DNA of 63,551 bases, filler included, from 4 parts of 4 records of this genome joined end to end with filler, not necessarily neighbours in it, one strand, 5' to 3'. Counted from the whole stretch's first letter, positions 21,265 through 31,200 are shown. Notes: generated by a model not told the origin, from the letters alone. Numbers and translations: made by a program.

Positions 21265-22227
21265 ATGCCCAAGCTGTTTCTCGGCGTTCTCGCCATTCTC
21301 GTCCTGGCCATCATCAGCCTGTTCATCGGCGTGAGCGATGTGACGCCGATGAGCCTGTTTTCCTCTTTGCCCGAAGACCGGCCAATGCAGGTCCTGCTGA
21401 TCAGCCGGGTGCCGCGCACGCTGGCGCTGATCCTGTCCGGCTCGGCCCTGGCGGTCGCAGGCCTGTTGATGCAGATGCTGGCGCGCAATCGCTTTGTCGA
21501 GCCGGGCACGGCCGGCACGGTGGAGAGCGCCGTATTCGGCATCCTCGTCATCACCATTTTCTGGCCCGGCAGCCCGTTGATCGCCAAGATGCTGGCCGCG
21601 ACCGTGACCGCACTGATGGGCACGGCGCTGTTCATGCAGATCCTTCGCCGCATTCCGTTGCGCTCGACGCTGATGGTGCCGCTGGTGGGCATCATGCTGG
21701 GCGGCGTCATCTCCTCGATCACAGCCTTTTTCGCTTATCGCTATGACTTGCTGCAGACGCTGGGTACCTGGACGCTGGGCGATTTCTCCGGCGTATTGCG
21801 CGGGCGCTATGAGCTGCTCTGGGTGAGTGCTGGGCTGGTCGGCATTGCCTGGATCGCCGCCGACCGCTTTACCGTTGCGGGGCTGGGGCAGGACTTCACC
21901 ACCAATCTGGGGCTCAATTATCGCCGCGTGCTGACGCTGGGACTGACCATTGTTTCCATGGTGACCGCCGTTGTGGTGGTGTCGGTCGGCTCGATCCCGT
22001 TTCTCGGGCTGATCGTGCCCAATCTCGTTTCCATGGCGGTGGGCGACAATGCGCGCCGGGCCATTCCCTGGATCGTCTTGATGGGCGCCGGGTTCGTGCT
22101 GGCCTGTGATATTATCGGGCGGCTGATCCGCTTCCCCTATGAAATCCCGATTGGCACCGTATTCGGGGTAATCGGCTCGGCCCTGTTCCTCTATCTGTTG
22201 TTGCGGAGGCGCCCTGCCAATGGCTGA
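21265..22227 (+). CDS. FecCD-family permease (FatD/CeuB-like)
   Basis: SRVPRT, NRFVEPGTAG, IPFLGLIVPN and PYEIPIG motifs. Confidence 0.92.
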   Translation: MPKLFLGVLAILVLAIISLFIGVSDVTPMSLFSSLPEDRPMQVLLISRVPRTLALILSGSALAVAGLLMQMLARNRFVEPGTAGTVESAVFGILVITIFWPGSPLIAKMLAATVTALMGTALFMQILRRIPLRSTLMVPLVGIMLGGVISSITAFFAYRYDLLQTLGTWTLGDFSGVLRGRYELLWVSAGLVGIAWIAADRFTVAGLGQDFTTNLGLNYRRVLTLGLTIVSMVTAVVVVSVGSIPFLGLIVPNLVSMAVGDNARRAIPWIVLMGAGFVLACDIIGRLIRFPYEIPIGTVFGVIGSALFLYLLLRRRPANG

Positions 22228-23200
22228 AGTCCGCGCCCAGGCCGCGCCCGCGATCTCGCCGCGTCAGGTCCTCATCATATTGGCGGCCCTCGCCGCCGTT
22301 TCCATCGTCGCCTTCATGGTGATCGGCGCCAAGGGAAGCTGGAGCTTCATCCTGCCGTTTCGTGGCGCCAAGGTGTGGTCGATGGCGATGATCGGCACGG
22401 CTATCGCCATTGCCACAGTGCTGTTCCAGACCATCACCGCCAATCGCATTCTCACCCCCTCGATCATGGGGTTCGACGCGCTGTTTGCTCTGGTGCGGAC
22501 CGTGCAGGTCTTCTTCCTGGGTGGCCTGAGCTACGCCATGCTGCCCGACCAAGTGCAGTTCACCTATGAAACCGCCGTGATGGTGGGGCTATCGACCCTG
22601 TTGTTCCGCTGGCTGTTCGGCCGCGCCTCTCGCGATCTCTATCTGCTGGTGCTGGTGGGCATTGTATTTGGCGTGCTGTTCCGCTCGCTGGGCGGGCTGA
22701 TGCAGCGGCTGATCAATCCCAATGATTTCGCGGTGCTGCAGGACAGCCTGTTTGCCAGCTTCAACACCACGGACCAGACCCTGCTCGGGATCAGTACGAT
22801 TGCCATTACCGGCGTGTGCGTCTGGGTGTGGCGGCTGCTGCCAGCACTCGACGTGCTCAATCTGGGGCGCGACACCGCGATCAATCTCGGGATCAACTAC
22901 AACCGAACCGTGTCGCAGGTCCTGGTGATCGTGGCCATTCTGGTGTCGATCTCGACCGCGCTGGTGGGGCCGGTGACGTTCTTTGGCCTGCTGGTGGCCA
23001 ATCTGGCCTATCTGGTGATCCGCAGCCATCGGCATATCCTGATCCTGCCCGCAGCCATCCTGATCTCGATCATCACGCTGGTGGGCGGACAGGTCGTGCT
23101 GGAACGGGTCTTCGGCTATGACACGGCTCTGGCCATCATTATCGAATTTGTCGGTGGCGTAGTGTTTATCGCCATGCTGCTCAGAGGAAGCCGCACATGA
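22220..23200 (+). CDS. FecCD-family permease (FatC/CeuC-like)
   Basis: FQTITANRILTPSIMG and ALVGPVTFFGL motifs. Confidence 0.92.
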   Translation: MAEVRAQAAPAISPRQVLIILAALAAVSIVAFMVIGAKGSWSFILPFRGAKVWSMAMIGTAIAIATVLFQTITANRILTPSIMGFDALFALVRTVQVFFLGGLSYAMLPDQVQFTYETAVMVGLSTLLFRWLFGRASRDLYLLVLVGIVFGVLFRSLGGLMQRLINPNDFAVLQDSLFASFNTTDQTLLGISTIAITGVCVWVWRLLPALDVLNLGRDTAINLGINYNRTVSQVLVIVAILVSISTALVGPVTFFGLLVANLAYLVIRSHRHILILPAAILISIITLVGGQVVLERVFGYDTALAIIIEFVGGVVFIAMLLRGSRT

Positions 23201-23955
23201 TCCGCACGCAATCCGTTTCGCGCAGCTATGGCGACAATCTGGTGGTCGACAATGTGACGCTCGATATTCCGGCGCGCGGTGTCACCTCGATCATCGGGCC
23301 CAATGGGGCAGGCAAATCCACCCTGCTGTCGATGGTCAGCCGGCTGCTCGACATGAGCGCGGGCAGCGTGACCGTTGATGGCATGGACGTGACCAAGACC
23401 CCCAGCGATGTGCTGGCGCGGCGGCTCTCGATCCTCAGGCAAGACAACCATATCTCGGCCCGCATCACGGTGCGCGACCTGATCGGGTTTGGCCGCTATC
23501 CGCATTCGAAGGGGCGGCTGACGGTTGAGGACAAGGCCCATATCGACAAGGCGATCGACTATCTTGATCTCGGCGCCCTCAGCGACCGGTTTCTCGACGA
23601 GCTTTCGGGCGGGCAGCGGCAGCGGGCCTTCGTCGCCATGGTACTGGCACAGGACACCGATTATGTGCTGCTGGACGAGCCGCTCAACAATCTCGACATG
23701 AAGCATGCCATGGGCATGATGAAGCTGATGCGGCAGGCCGCGTTCGAGCTTGGCAAGACGGTGGTCTTGGTGCTGCACGACATCAATTTCGCCTCCTGGT
23801 ACTCGGACTATATCGTGGCGATGAAGGACGGGAAGGTGGCCGCGCAAGGTCCCGGCCCGGAGATGATCCGGCCCGAGGTGCTGTCGGAAATCTACGAGAT
23901 GGACATCAAGGTGCACGAAATCGGCGGGCAGCTGATTTCGGTCTATTACGGTTAG
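23197..23955 (+). CDS. Iron-siderophore ABC transporter ATPase (FatE/CeuD-like)
   Basis: GPNGAGKST, LSGGQRQR, LLDEPLNNLD and VLHDIN motifs. Confidence 0.94.
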   Translation: MIRTQSVSRSYGDNLVVDNVTLDIPARGVTSIIGPNGAGKSTLLSMVSRLLDMSAGSVTVDGMDVTKTPSDVLARRLSILRQDNHISARITVRDLIGFGRYPHSKGRLTVEDKAHIDKAIDYLDLGALSDRFLDELSGGQRQRAFVAMVLAQDTDYVLLDEPLNNLDMKHAMGMMKLMRQAAFELGKTVVLVLHDINFASWYSDYIVAMKDGKVAAQGPGPEMIRPEVLSEIYEMDIKVHEIGGQLISVYYG

Positions 23956-25682
23956 GTGGTCGCCATGTCCGGAAAGGCCACGACGCAGCTCCTACCCTGG
24001 GCCTTTGCGGCGTAGCAGGCGGCATCGGCCTCGCCCATGAAGCCCAGTGGTGACGCGGGTTGGGACCCGATGATGGTCACACCGGCGCTGGCGCTGATCG
24101 CGTAATCCCGTCCGGCCCAGCTGAAGGCCAGGGCACCGACGGCGCGCACGATCTTTTCGGCGACCGCCTGGCCATGGGCGATGGGGCAATCTTCGAGGAT
24201 AATGGCGAACTCGTCGCCGCCGATGCGGGCGGCCAGGTCGTGGCTGCGGCAAACGCCCCGGATGGTCTGGGCGACCTGCTTGAGCAAGGCATCGCCGGCG
24301 GCGTGGCCGGCCGTGTCATTGACCGGCTTGAAGCGATCCAGATCGAGATAGATGAGACTATGCTGGCGCAGGCCATGCCGCGCGCTGGCAATGGCGGCCG
24401 ACAGGGTGCGCTCGAAGCTGGCCCGATTGGGCAGGCCGGTGAGGTCGTCATGGGCGGCCGAATGGGCCAGTTGGCGCTGCAGTGCCCGGCTCTGGGTCAC
24501 ATCCTGAAACACCAGAACAGCCCCGGTCAGCGCACCGGCATCGGCAAAGACCGGCGAGGCGGTGGCCCGGATATCGCGCTGCGGCCCGTCGAACGCGCAG
24601 AGCACACTGTCGTCATCGATGCGGATCTGGGTGGCGGTCGCAAGGCAGGCGCGCACCGGACAGGGTAATTGGTCGTCGCCCTGCTCACTGCGCAGGCGGA
24701 AGACGTCGCAAACCGGGCGGCCCACGGCGTCGCCGGCGGTGCAGCCGGTGAGCATTTCCGCCGCCGGGTTCATGAAGACGACGCGGCCTTCAAGGTCCGT
24801 GGAGATCATGCCATCGGCCATGGCCTCGAGGGTGACGCGCAGCCTTTCCTTTTCGGCGGCCAGTTCCTGTTCCATCACCTTGATGCGGGTGATGTCGGTG
24901 TCGGTGCCAATGGTGCGGATGGGATTGCCCTGGGCATCCCATTCCACCGGGCGGCCACGGCTGAGGATCCAGACATAGGTGCCATCGCGCGTGCGTTCGC
25001 GATATTCGAGCGCGTCGAAATCGCTATCGCCCTGGTCCTGCTTATGGACATTGGCCATGATCTGGGGACGGTCGTCGGGGTGGACGCGCTCGAGCCATTT
25101 GCGCTGATCGCCATCCACGTCCTCATCGGGCGGAATGCCGCGCATGACGCGCCACATGCGCGAATAGAACATGGAGTCGGTGCGGATATCGTGGTCCCAG
25201 ACCCCCTGGCGGGCGCTTTCCAACGCGAAATTCCAGCGGCTTTCGGACACGGCCAGGGCCTCTTCGGCGCGCTTCTGCAGTTCGATGGAGTTCATCTGCA
25301 CCAGCACGAGGGATGGGGTGTCGCCCTCCGCCGGCAGGACGGTGGCACCGACCATGGCCCAGACCGGATAGCCGTCGACATGGCGCAGTTGATATTCACC
25401 GCGGCTGACCGGCACCTCGCCGCGCAGCAGACGCTCGAAATGCAGGCGCGCGGTGACGCTGTCCTCGTCCGGGACCAGATCGGCAAAGTGGAACATGTGC
25501 CCCGGCTCGGGCCGATGGCCCAGCAAGTCGCTGAAGGCGGGGTTGGCATAGACCACCATGCCTTCACGCGTGGTCACCAGCATGCCCAGGGGCGCGGCAT
25601 CGAGCAGGCGCATGAAGGTCTGCGCCGAATGCAGGGCATCGGCGGCAAAGACGTCCCCGGACTTTGCGCGTGGTGTTACCAT
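23952..25682 (-). CDS. PAS-PAS-PAS-GGDEF diguanylate cyclase
   Basis: Three PAS/PAC units; HDDLTGLPNR, DLDRFKPVND and intact RIGGDEF; no EAL domain. Confidence 0.93.
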   Translation of the reverse strand: MVTPRAKSGDVFAADALHSAQTFMRLLDAAPLGMLVTTREGMVVYANPAFSDLLGHRPEPGHMFHFADLVPDEDSVTARLHFERLLRGEVPVSRGEYQLRHVDGYPVWAMVGATVLPAEGDTPSLVLVQMNSIELQKRAEEALAVSESRWNFALESARQGVWDHDIRTDSMFYSRMWRVMRGIPPDEDVDGDQRKWLERVHPDDRPQIMANVHKQDQGDSDFDALEYRERTRDGTYVWILSRGRPVEWDAQGNPIRTIGTDTDITRIKVMEQELAAEKERLRVTLEAMADGMISTDLEGRVVFMNPAAEMLTGCTAGDAVGRPVCDVFRLRSEQGDDQLPCPVRACLATATQIRIDDDSVLCAFDGPQRDIRATASPVFADAGALTGAVLVFQDVTQSRALQRQLAHSAAHDDLTGLPNRASFERTLSAAIASARHGLRQHSLIYLDLDRFKPVNDTAGHAAGDALLKQVAQTIRGVCRSHDLAARIGGDEFAIILEDCPIAHGQAVAEKIVRAVGALAFSWAGRDYAISASAGVTIIGSQPASPLGFMGEADAACYAAKAQGRSCVVAFPDMATT

Positions 25683-25751
25683 GCTGTCATAATCGGCATG
25701 CGAGCCTTAACAACTGGCTTCGCTGCGATCACATTTGCGCCCGATCCGAAC

Positions 25752-26582
25752 CTATTCGAGGCGCGAAAGGATGAAATCCCGCTCCTGGGCCAGACCAGCC
25801 CATTCGGCGGGGTGGTCGGCATCAAAAATCAGGGTGTAGGGACCGGCATAGCCGGCTTCTTCGGCCACCTGGACGCAGAGCCCATAATCGGCTTCATCCA
25901 TCAGGCCGTCATTGAACCCGGCCTTGGCGTGGCAAAGTTCGGCGCGCGGGAAGATGGATTTGAGGCCATCATATTTGTCGGGGCCGGTCCAATTGCCGAA
26001 ATCGGCCAGGAGGCCGATCTGGCCGTCCAGGCGATCGAGCAGTTCGTGGACCGCCTCGGGTGTCGAGAGCAAGTCGAACCAGTTTTCGGTAAAAAGACGC
26101 AGGGGCGATCCGGCATTGGCGGCAAGCAGCTCCTTGAAGCCGGCGACCGAGCGGGCCAAGGTTTCGGCGTCTGGCTTCTGCTTGCCGGCGATGATGCGGG
26201 CGTTTTCCGCACCCAGCATATTGGCGACATCAACCCAGCCGGCGATCCAGCGCGTGTCGCGCGCGCCGTGCACAGGGTCGGTCATGTCACCGGCATCGAT
26301 CAACAGGGTCTGCAAGATGACGCCCGAGACATTGAGTTGGTCGCGCAATTCGCCCAGATAGACCGGATCGCGGCTGCGCAGATGGAAGGACACGATCTCA
26401 AGCCGGTGGTAGCCGTGATTGGCCAGCACCGATGGCAGGCCGAGCAGCGACTCTTCGCCTTCGCCATAGGTCTCCTGCATTTCCCCGACAACATCGGTGG
26501 TCAGGTCATGCGGGAAAGTGGTGCCCAGCAAGCGGTGCAGCGACCAGGTAGAAACGGCAATGCGATGAGTTGGGTCGGCCAA
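25752..26582 (-). CDS. Sugar phosphate isomerase/epimerase family TIM-barrel protein
   Basis: TENW, LADFGNW and LCHAK metal-ligand pattern. Probable TTG start at 26582 behind GAGGAG. Confidence 0.8.
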   Translation of the reverse strand: MADPTHRIAVSTWSLHRLLGTTFPHDLTTDVVGEMQETYGEGEESLLGLPSVLANHGYHRLEIVSFHLRSRDPVYLGELRDQLNVSGVILQTLLIDAGDMTDPVHGARDTRWIAGWVDVANMLGAENARIIAGKQKPDAETLARSVAGFKELLAANAGSPLRLFTENWFDLLSTPEAVHELLDRLDGQIGLLADFGNWTGPDKYDGLKSIFPRAELCHAKAGFNDGLMDEADYGLCVQVAEEAGYAGPYTLIFDADHPAEWAGLAQERDFILSRLE

Positions 26583-26640
26583 TTGGTTCTCCTCTTTTTG
26601 CGTGAGAGTTTCATGGCCGGGGACGCAGTGCAAGGCGAGG

Positions 26641-27705
26641 CTAACCCACCCTGCCCCGGGCTGCGACGTCCATGGTCTGGATCAATTCGGCGTTGCGGAT
26701 CAGGTGAACCTGGTCGAACAGATTGGTCACCGGGCAGCAGTGATTGGGGATGATGCGGATCGTGTCGCCAATTTTCGGCTTGCTAGCGCAGGCGGAGACA
26801 TCGAGCGTGCCATGCTCTTCGCTGAGGCCGGTGATTTTGGCGTCGGGGAATTCGACGACATGGCCGTGCCCGACAAGGCCCAGCAGATCGCTGGTGAGGG
26901 CCTTGGAGCCGGCATCGATGATGGCGCGGTCTTCGGTGGGGCGGGATACCACCGTGGCCAGAACGGTCAGGGCGCACTCGTCAAAGCTGGCGGCGCCGGC
27001 GGCGACCTGGGAGCGGTCCATATAGATATAGGTGCCGGGCCGGTATTCGGTGGCAACGGGGGCCGCTTCATCCATGTGCCAGATGTCCGGGGTGCCGCCG
27101 GTGGTGATGGCGGGGAGGTCGACGCCTGCGGTGGCAAAGACTTCGCGGGCGTCGGCAAGCCATTGGGCGGCTTCCCGGTATTTGCCGGCAGCGGGATAGG
27201 TCATCAGGCCGGCAAATTCGAGGCCCGGCGCGGCGATGATCCGGCGGGCAAGCTCGAGTGCGGCGGCGGGCGATTGCACGCCGCAGCGGCCCATGCCGGT
27301 GTCGCATTCGACAAAGACGCCGAGGCGATGATCGGCATTGGTGAAGGTCCCAGCCAGACCAGCCACGCAATCGAGGCTGTCGCCCACGGTGCGGATGGTG
27401 ACGCGGTCATGCAGGGCCTGCAGGCGCTTGAGCTTGGCGCCGCCGATGATGTTGAAGGTCAGCAGGAGATCGGTGAGGCCGGCATCGGCCATGACTTCGG
27501 CCTCGCCCAGTTTCTGCACGGTGATGCCGACCGCGCCCAGCGCGACCTGTTTTTTGGCGAAGAAGGGCAGTTTGTGGGTTTTGATATGGGGGCGCAAGGC
27601 AATGCCGGCCTTGTCGGCTGTTTCCTGCGCCTTTTTCAGATTGGCCTCGGCACGATCGAGATCGATGAGGACGGCGGGGGTGTCGAGTTCGGAAAACTGG
27701 GTCAT
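26641..27705 (-). CDS. D-threonine aldolase / DSD1-family PLP-dependent enzyme (fold type III)
   Basis: LRPHIKTHK, DTGMGRCG, EYRPGTY, SEEHG and IPNHCCP motifs. Confidence 0.9.
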   Translation of the reverse strand: MTQFSELDTPAVLIDLDRAEANLKKAQETADKAGIALRPHIKTHKLPFFAKKQVALGAVGITVQKLGEAEVMADAGLTDLLLTFNIIGGAKLKRLQALHDRVTIRTVGDSLDCVAGLAGTFTNADHRLGVFVECDTGMGRCGVQSPAAALELARRIIAAPGLEFAGLMTYPAAGKYREAAQWLADAREVFATAGVDLPAITTGGTPDIWHMDEAAPVATEYRPGTYIYMDRSQVAAGAASFDECALTVLATVVSRPTEDRAIIDAGSKALTSDLLGLVGHGHVVEFPDAKITGLSEEHGTLDVSACASKPKIGDTIRIIPNHCCPVTNLFDQVHLIRNAELIQTMDVAARGRVG

Positions 27706-28478
27706 TGGGCCCTCAAGACTTCATTGACGAAGCGCAGATTGCCGGCGGTGAGGCCGGCATCGACGGGGATGGTGACGCCGGTGATCCCCGAAGCGGCGTC
27801 GGAGGCCAGGAACAGGGCGGCATTGGCGACCTCCTGGGGCGAGACCATGCGGCCCAGCGGATAATGCGGCAGGACCTTGTCGAGCAGTCCAGGATCGGCC
27901 GCCAGCCGATGATCCCAGGCGGGCGTGCGGACCGAGCCCGGCGCCACGAGATTGGCGCGCACACCCTCCCCGCCGCGTTCCACCGCGATGGCCCTGGCAT
28001 AGGCAATCAGCCCGGCCTTGGCTGCGGAATAGGCAGGGTTGCCGAAATGCTGGAGCGCATTGACCGAGGATATGAACACCACATTGCCCGCGCCGCGCGC
28101 GGACATGGCATGGGTAATCGGGTCGACCAGGGCGTAGGCGCCATTGAGATTGATGGCCATTTCGCTGGCCCAGACATCGTCATCGAGATGACCAAGATGT
28201 TCGGCGCGGGTGAAGCCGGCATTGGCAATCACGGCGTCCACCACACCGTGGGCGGCGATATCGGCTTCAACAGCGGCACGTGTCGCCTTTGCATCGGCCT
28301 GATCGAAGAGGATGCTGCGCGCCAGCGGCAGGCCTTCGAGCATTTCGGCCTCACGATCGGCACCAACGATCCTGGCGCCCGCCGCATGGAAGGTTTCGAC
28401 CAGGCTGCGGCCAATGCCGCCCCCGGCGCCGGAGATGAGCACCGTCTTGCCGTCAAGGCGGAAGGGGGATGCGTTCAT
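27702..28478 (-). CDS. Classical SDR oxidoreductase
   Basis: SGAGGGIG, NAG, SS and YSAAK motifs. Confidence 0.93.
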   Translation of the reverse strand: MNASPFRLDGKTVLISGAGGGIGRSLVETFHAAGARIVGADREAEMLEGLPLARSILFDQADAKATRAAVEADIAAHGVVDAVIANAGFTRAEHLGHLDDDVWASEMAINLNGAYALVDPITHAMSARGAGNVVFISSVNALQHFGNPAYSAAKAGLIAYARAIAVERGGEGVRANLVAPGSVRTPAWDHRLAADPGLLDKVLPHYPLGRMVSPQEVANAALFLASDAASGITGVTIPVDAGLTAGNLRFVNEVLRAQ

Positions 28479-28502
28479 TCTGTGCTCCTCGATGCAGGGG
28501 AC

Positions 28503-28532
28503 ACCCCCACCTAACCTCCCCCTGATAGGGGG
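28503..28532. repeat. Partial alphaproteobacterial REP-like element at contig end
   Basis: ACCCCCACCTAACCTCCCCC-tgata-GGGGG, cut by the contig break; resembles rhizobial CCCCCACC..CTCCCC..GGGGAG repeats. Confidence 0.55.
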
Positions 28533-28632
28533 NNNNNNNNNNNNNNNNNNNNNNNNNNNNNNNNNNNNNNNNNNNNTTAATTAATTAANNNNNNNNNNNN
28601 NNNNNNNNNNNNNNNNNNNNNNNNNNNNNNNN
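28533..28632. other. Artificial contig spacer
   Basis: N44-TTAATTAATTAA-N44. Confidence 0.99.
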
Positions 28633-28633
28633 T

Positions 28634-29323
28634 TCGATGGAAGACTGGCTGAAATATGCGCCGGAAGATAGTCTTTCGCTGTTCATGTTCCAGAAGCCGA
28701 AAACCGCAAAGCGCCTGTATTTCGATGTCATCCCGAAAACGGTTGATGAATATCTGACCTTTGCCGACAAGCTGAAAACCGAAACCGATCCGGAAAAGCT
28801 TTTGCAGAACCCGGCATGGCACATCCATGAAGGCAAGGCACCGGAACGCGATATTCCGTTGTCGTTCGGTATCTTGCTGAATCTTGTTTCGGTCTGCAAT
28901 ACCAGCGACCCGGAACTGCTTTGGGCGTTCATTTCGCGCTATGCCAAGGGCGCAACGCCGGAAAATCAGCCTTATCTCGACAAGCTGGTCGGCTATGCGA
29001 TCAACTATTACAACGACTTCGTCAAACCGACGAAAAAATACCGTGCCGCGACGGATGCGGAAAAAGCAGCCCTGACCGAACTGCGCGATATGCTTAAAAC
29101 CCTTGATGCCGGCACCGATGGTGGCGATATCCAGACCCAGGTTTTCGAAGTGGGTAAAAACCACAATTACGAAAACCTGCGCGACTGGTTCAAGGCACTT
29201 TATGAAATCCTGCTGGGACAGGAACAGGGCCCGCGTATGGGATCGTTCATTGCGCTTTACGGTATTGATGAAAGCATCCAGCTGATTGACCGTGCGATTG
29301 CCGGTGAAGAACTCGGCGCGTAA
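28634..29323 (+). CDS. lysS: Class I lysyl-tRNA synthetase, 3' part
   Basis: EDWLKYAPEDSL, KRLYFDVIPK and WFKALYEILLGQEQGPRMGSFIALYG (class I LysRS anticodon-binding end). Confidence 0.95.
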   Translation, partial: SMEDWLKYAPEDSLSLFMFQKPKTAKRLYFDVIPKTVDEYLTFADKLKTETDPEKLLQNPAWHIHEGKAPERDIPLSFGILLNLVSVCNTSDPELLWAFISRYAKGATPENQPYLDKLVGYAINYYNDFVKPTKKYRAATDAEKAALTELRDMLKTLDAGTDGGDIQTQVFEVGKNHNYENLRDWFKALYEILLGQEQGPRMGSFIALYGIDESIQLIDRAIAGEELGA

Positions 29324-29356
29324 GCAGTCGCTTTTTTCAGGCTGCTGTGAAATATC

Positions 29357-29387
29357 AAGCGATCCGTCGTCCGGCGGGTCGCTTTTT
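29357..29387 (+). terminator. Intrinsic terminator after lysS
   Basis: AAGCGATCCGTC-gtcc-GGCGGGTCGCTT followed by TTT. Confidence 0.75.
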
Positions 29388-29474
29388 GTTTGATCGAGTG
29401 TCATTTCCTTCAATAAGTTTGCCAGCTTATCGCCGATGGTTGCTCTTTTGCGTTTGACCAAAACGGAGTTGATG

Positions 29475-30440
29475 ATGGGTTTCTGGCAAAAGACGATGAT
29501 CGCAGTGGCGTGCAGCAAACCATTGCGCCGCGCGGGCGAGGCGGTCGGGCGGAAAACCGGCCTGGCCGCACAGTTCGTTAGCGGCACGGATGGCGCCGGG
29601 CACGTGAAACGCACGCAGGAATTGGCAAAGCAGGGTATTCGGGTTTCGAGCTTTTATCTGGGCGAATATGTGACCGATCCGGCACAGGTGGCGGAAACGG
29701 TTGATGCAATTACAGCCGTGATACCCAAGCTTGATCGTGTTGGTTTGGATGTTCATGTTTCCATTGATCCATCGCAGCTTGGCTATATGCAGGATCCGGG
29801 GATGTTGGATGACAATGCCCACAAAATTGCCGGTTTGATCCGCGATGTCGGTGGTGAGAAAGCAGGTCGGCGCTGCTGCCGGATGATGATCGACATGGAA
29901 GATTTCGACATGGTCGATGATACGCTGGCCCTTCATGATCGGCTGCTTGAGGCAGGGTATCCGGTAGCCCAGACATTGCAGGCGCGATTATTGCGAACCG
30001 AAGCCGACATGGTGCGCAAAATCGCACAGGGGGCCATGATACGTCTGGTTAAAGGGGCGATGGCCCCGCCTGATCATGTTGCCTTTACCCGGCGTCGCGA
30101 CATCGACGAAAATTATCTGAAACTGGCGTCAATGATGTTGTCCGACGAGGCGCGCCTTACCGGATTTATGCCGGTTTTCGGATCGCATCATCGTGAGTTG
30201 GTTGAATATATCGCAAAGGTCGCAGACGAACGTGGGTGGGAGCGTGAGGCGTTCGAGTTTGAAATGCTTTATGGCGTCAATCAGCCACTTCAGCGGGATC
30301 TTGTGTCGCTCGGTTATCGGCTTCGGCTTTATGCGCCGTTTGGGGCGGATTGGTGGGCTTATGCGTGGCGTCGTGTTGGTGAAAACCCCCGCAATCTTGG
30401 TCTTTTGCTGCGTTCGCGGCTGAATGCTACGGGCCTGTAA
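29475..30440 (+). CDS. Monofunctional proline dehydrogenase-family flavoprotein with atypical active-site residues
   Basis: YLGE, IDME, RLVKGA, FEMLYG and RLYAPFG..W..Y..RRVGENP motifs; no P5C dehydrogenase domain. Confidence 0.85.
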   Translation: MGFWQKTMIAVACSKPLRRAGEAVGRKTGLAAQFVSGTDGAGHVKRTQELAKQGIRVSSFYLGEYVTDPAQVAETVDAITAVIPKLDRVGLDVHVSIDPSQLGYMQDPGMLDDNAHKIAGLIRDVGGEKAGRRCCRMMIDMEDFDMVDDTLALHDRLLEAGYPVAQTLQARLLRTEADMVRKIAQGAMIRLVKGAMAPPDHVAFTRRRDIDENYLKLASMMLSDEARLTGFMPVFGSHHRELVEYIAKVADERGWEREAFEFEMLYGVNQPLQRDLVSLGYRLRLYAPFGADWWAYAWRRVGENPRNLGLLLRSRLNATGL

Positions 30441-30591
30441 ATGCGAGCGGGTTGTGTTCGTTGCGTTCTGCCATGCATCTGCCCAAATGATAAGATGTAA
30501 CGTAAAACAAAATCAGTCATTTCCGGTGTTTTGGTTAGGGCCATGTACCGGGAATGATCATTTAAACGGCGAGCACCGAAAGGAAGGCCGG

Positions 30592-31179
30592 ATGAAGATG
30601 GTCAAGATCATGATGGCGGGGGCAATGGCGATGCTGCTGGCGGCCTGTTCGACCGGGCCGCGTGTCTATACCGATGCCGATCCGGCGGCCGATTTTTCGC
30701 GTTATCGGACCTTTGCCTTTTATGAGTCCGCGGGAAAGTCGGATGAAAAATACGCCACCCTGCACGGTCAGCGGATCGAGGATGCGGTCAGTGCCGCCCT
30801 TGAAGCGCGCGGTTATCGCGTTGACATCAACACCCCTGATATCCTGATCAACTATCACCTCAAGACCGAGGAAAAGACCCGGACATCACCGCCGGTCTAT
30901 TACGGCGGGTATTACGGTTATCGCAGCGGGATGTATGTCGGTTGGCCCGGGTATGTCGAGCCGGGATATGTTGACAATTATACCGAAGGCACGATTTCGG
31001 TCGATATGGTAGACCGCCGCACCGATCAGATGATCTGGGAAGGCACGGCGGTTGGCCGTATCGACAGCGAGTTTCGCAACAATCCCGATCAGGGGGTGCG
31101 CAAAGCGGTTGGCGCGATATTTGGCAAATATCCCTATGTCGCGGGAAGCAGTGTACCGGTGATACCTGCGGCGCAGTAG
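30592..31179 (+). CDS. DUF4136 lipoprotein
   Basis: Lipobox LAAC; DFSRYRTF, a Tyr/Gly-rich loop, and YTEGTISVDMVD...IWEG. Confidence 0.88.
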   Translation: MKMVKIMMAGAMAMLLAACSTGPRVYTDADPAADFSRYRTFAFYESAGKSDEKYATLHGQRIEDAVSAALEARGYRVDINTPDILINYHLKTEEKTRTSPPVYYGGYYGYRSGMYVGWPGYVEPGYVDNYTEGTISVDMVDRRTDQMIWEGTAVGRIDSEFRNNPDQGVRKAVGAIFGKYPYVAGSSVPVIPAAQ

Positions 31180-31200
31180 GGCGGGTTTGGTGGATTTGGT

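Noticed and set aside
24669-26753. 694-aa plus-strand ORF
   Set aside because: It is the antisense shadow of the GGDEF, TIM-barrel and D-TA genes in GC-rich DNA and has no recognisable motifs.
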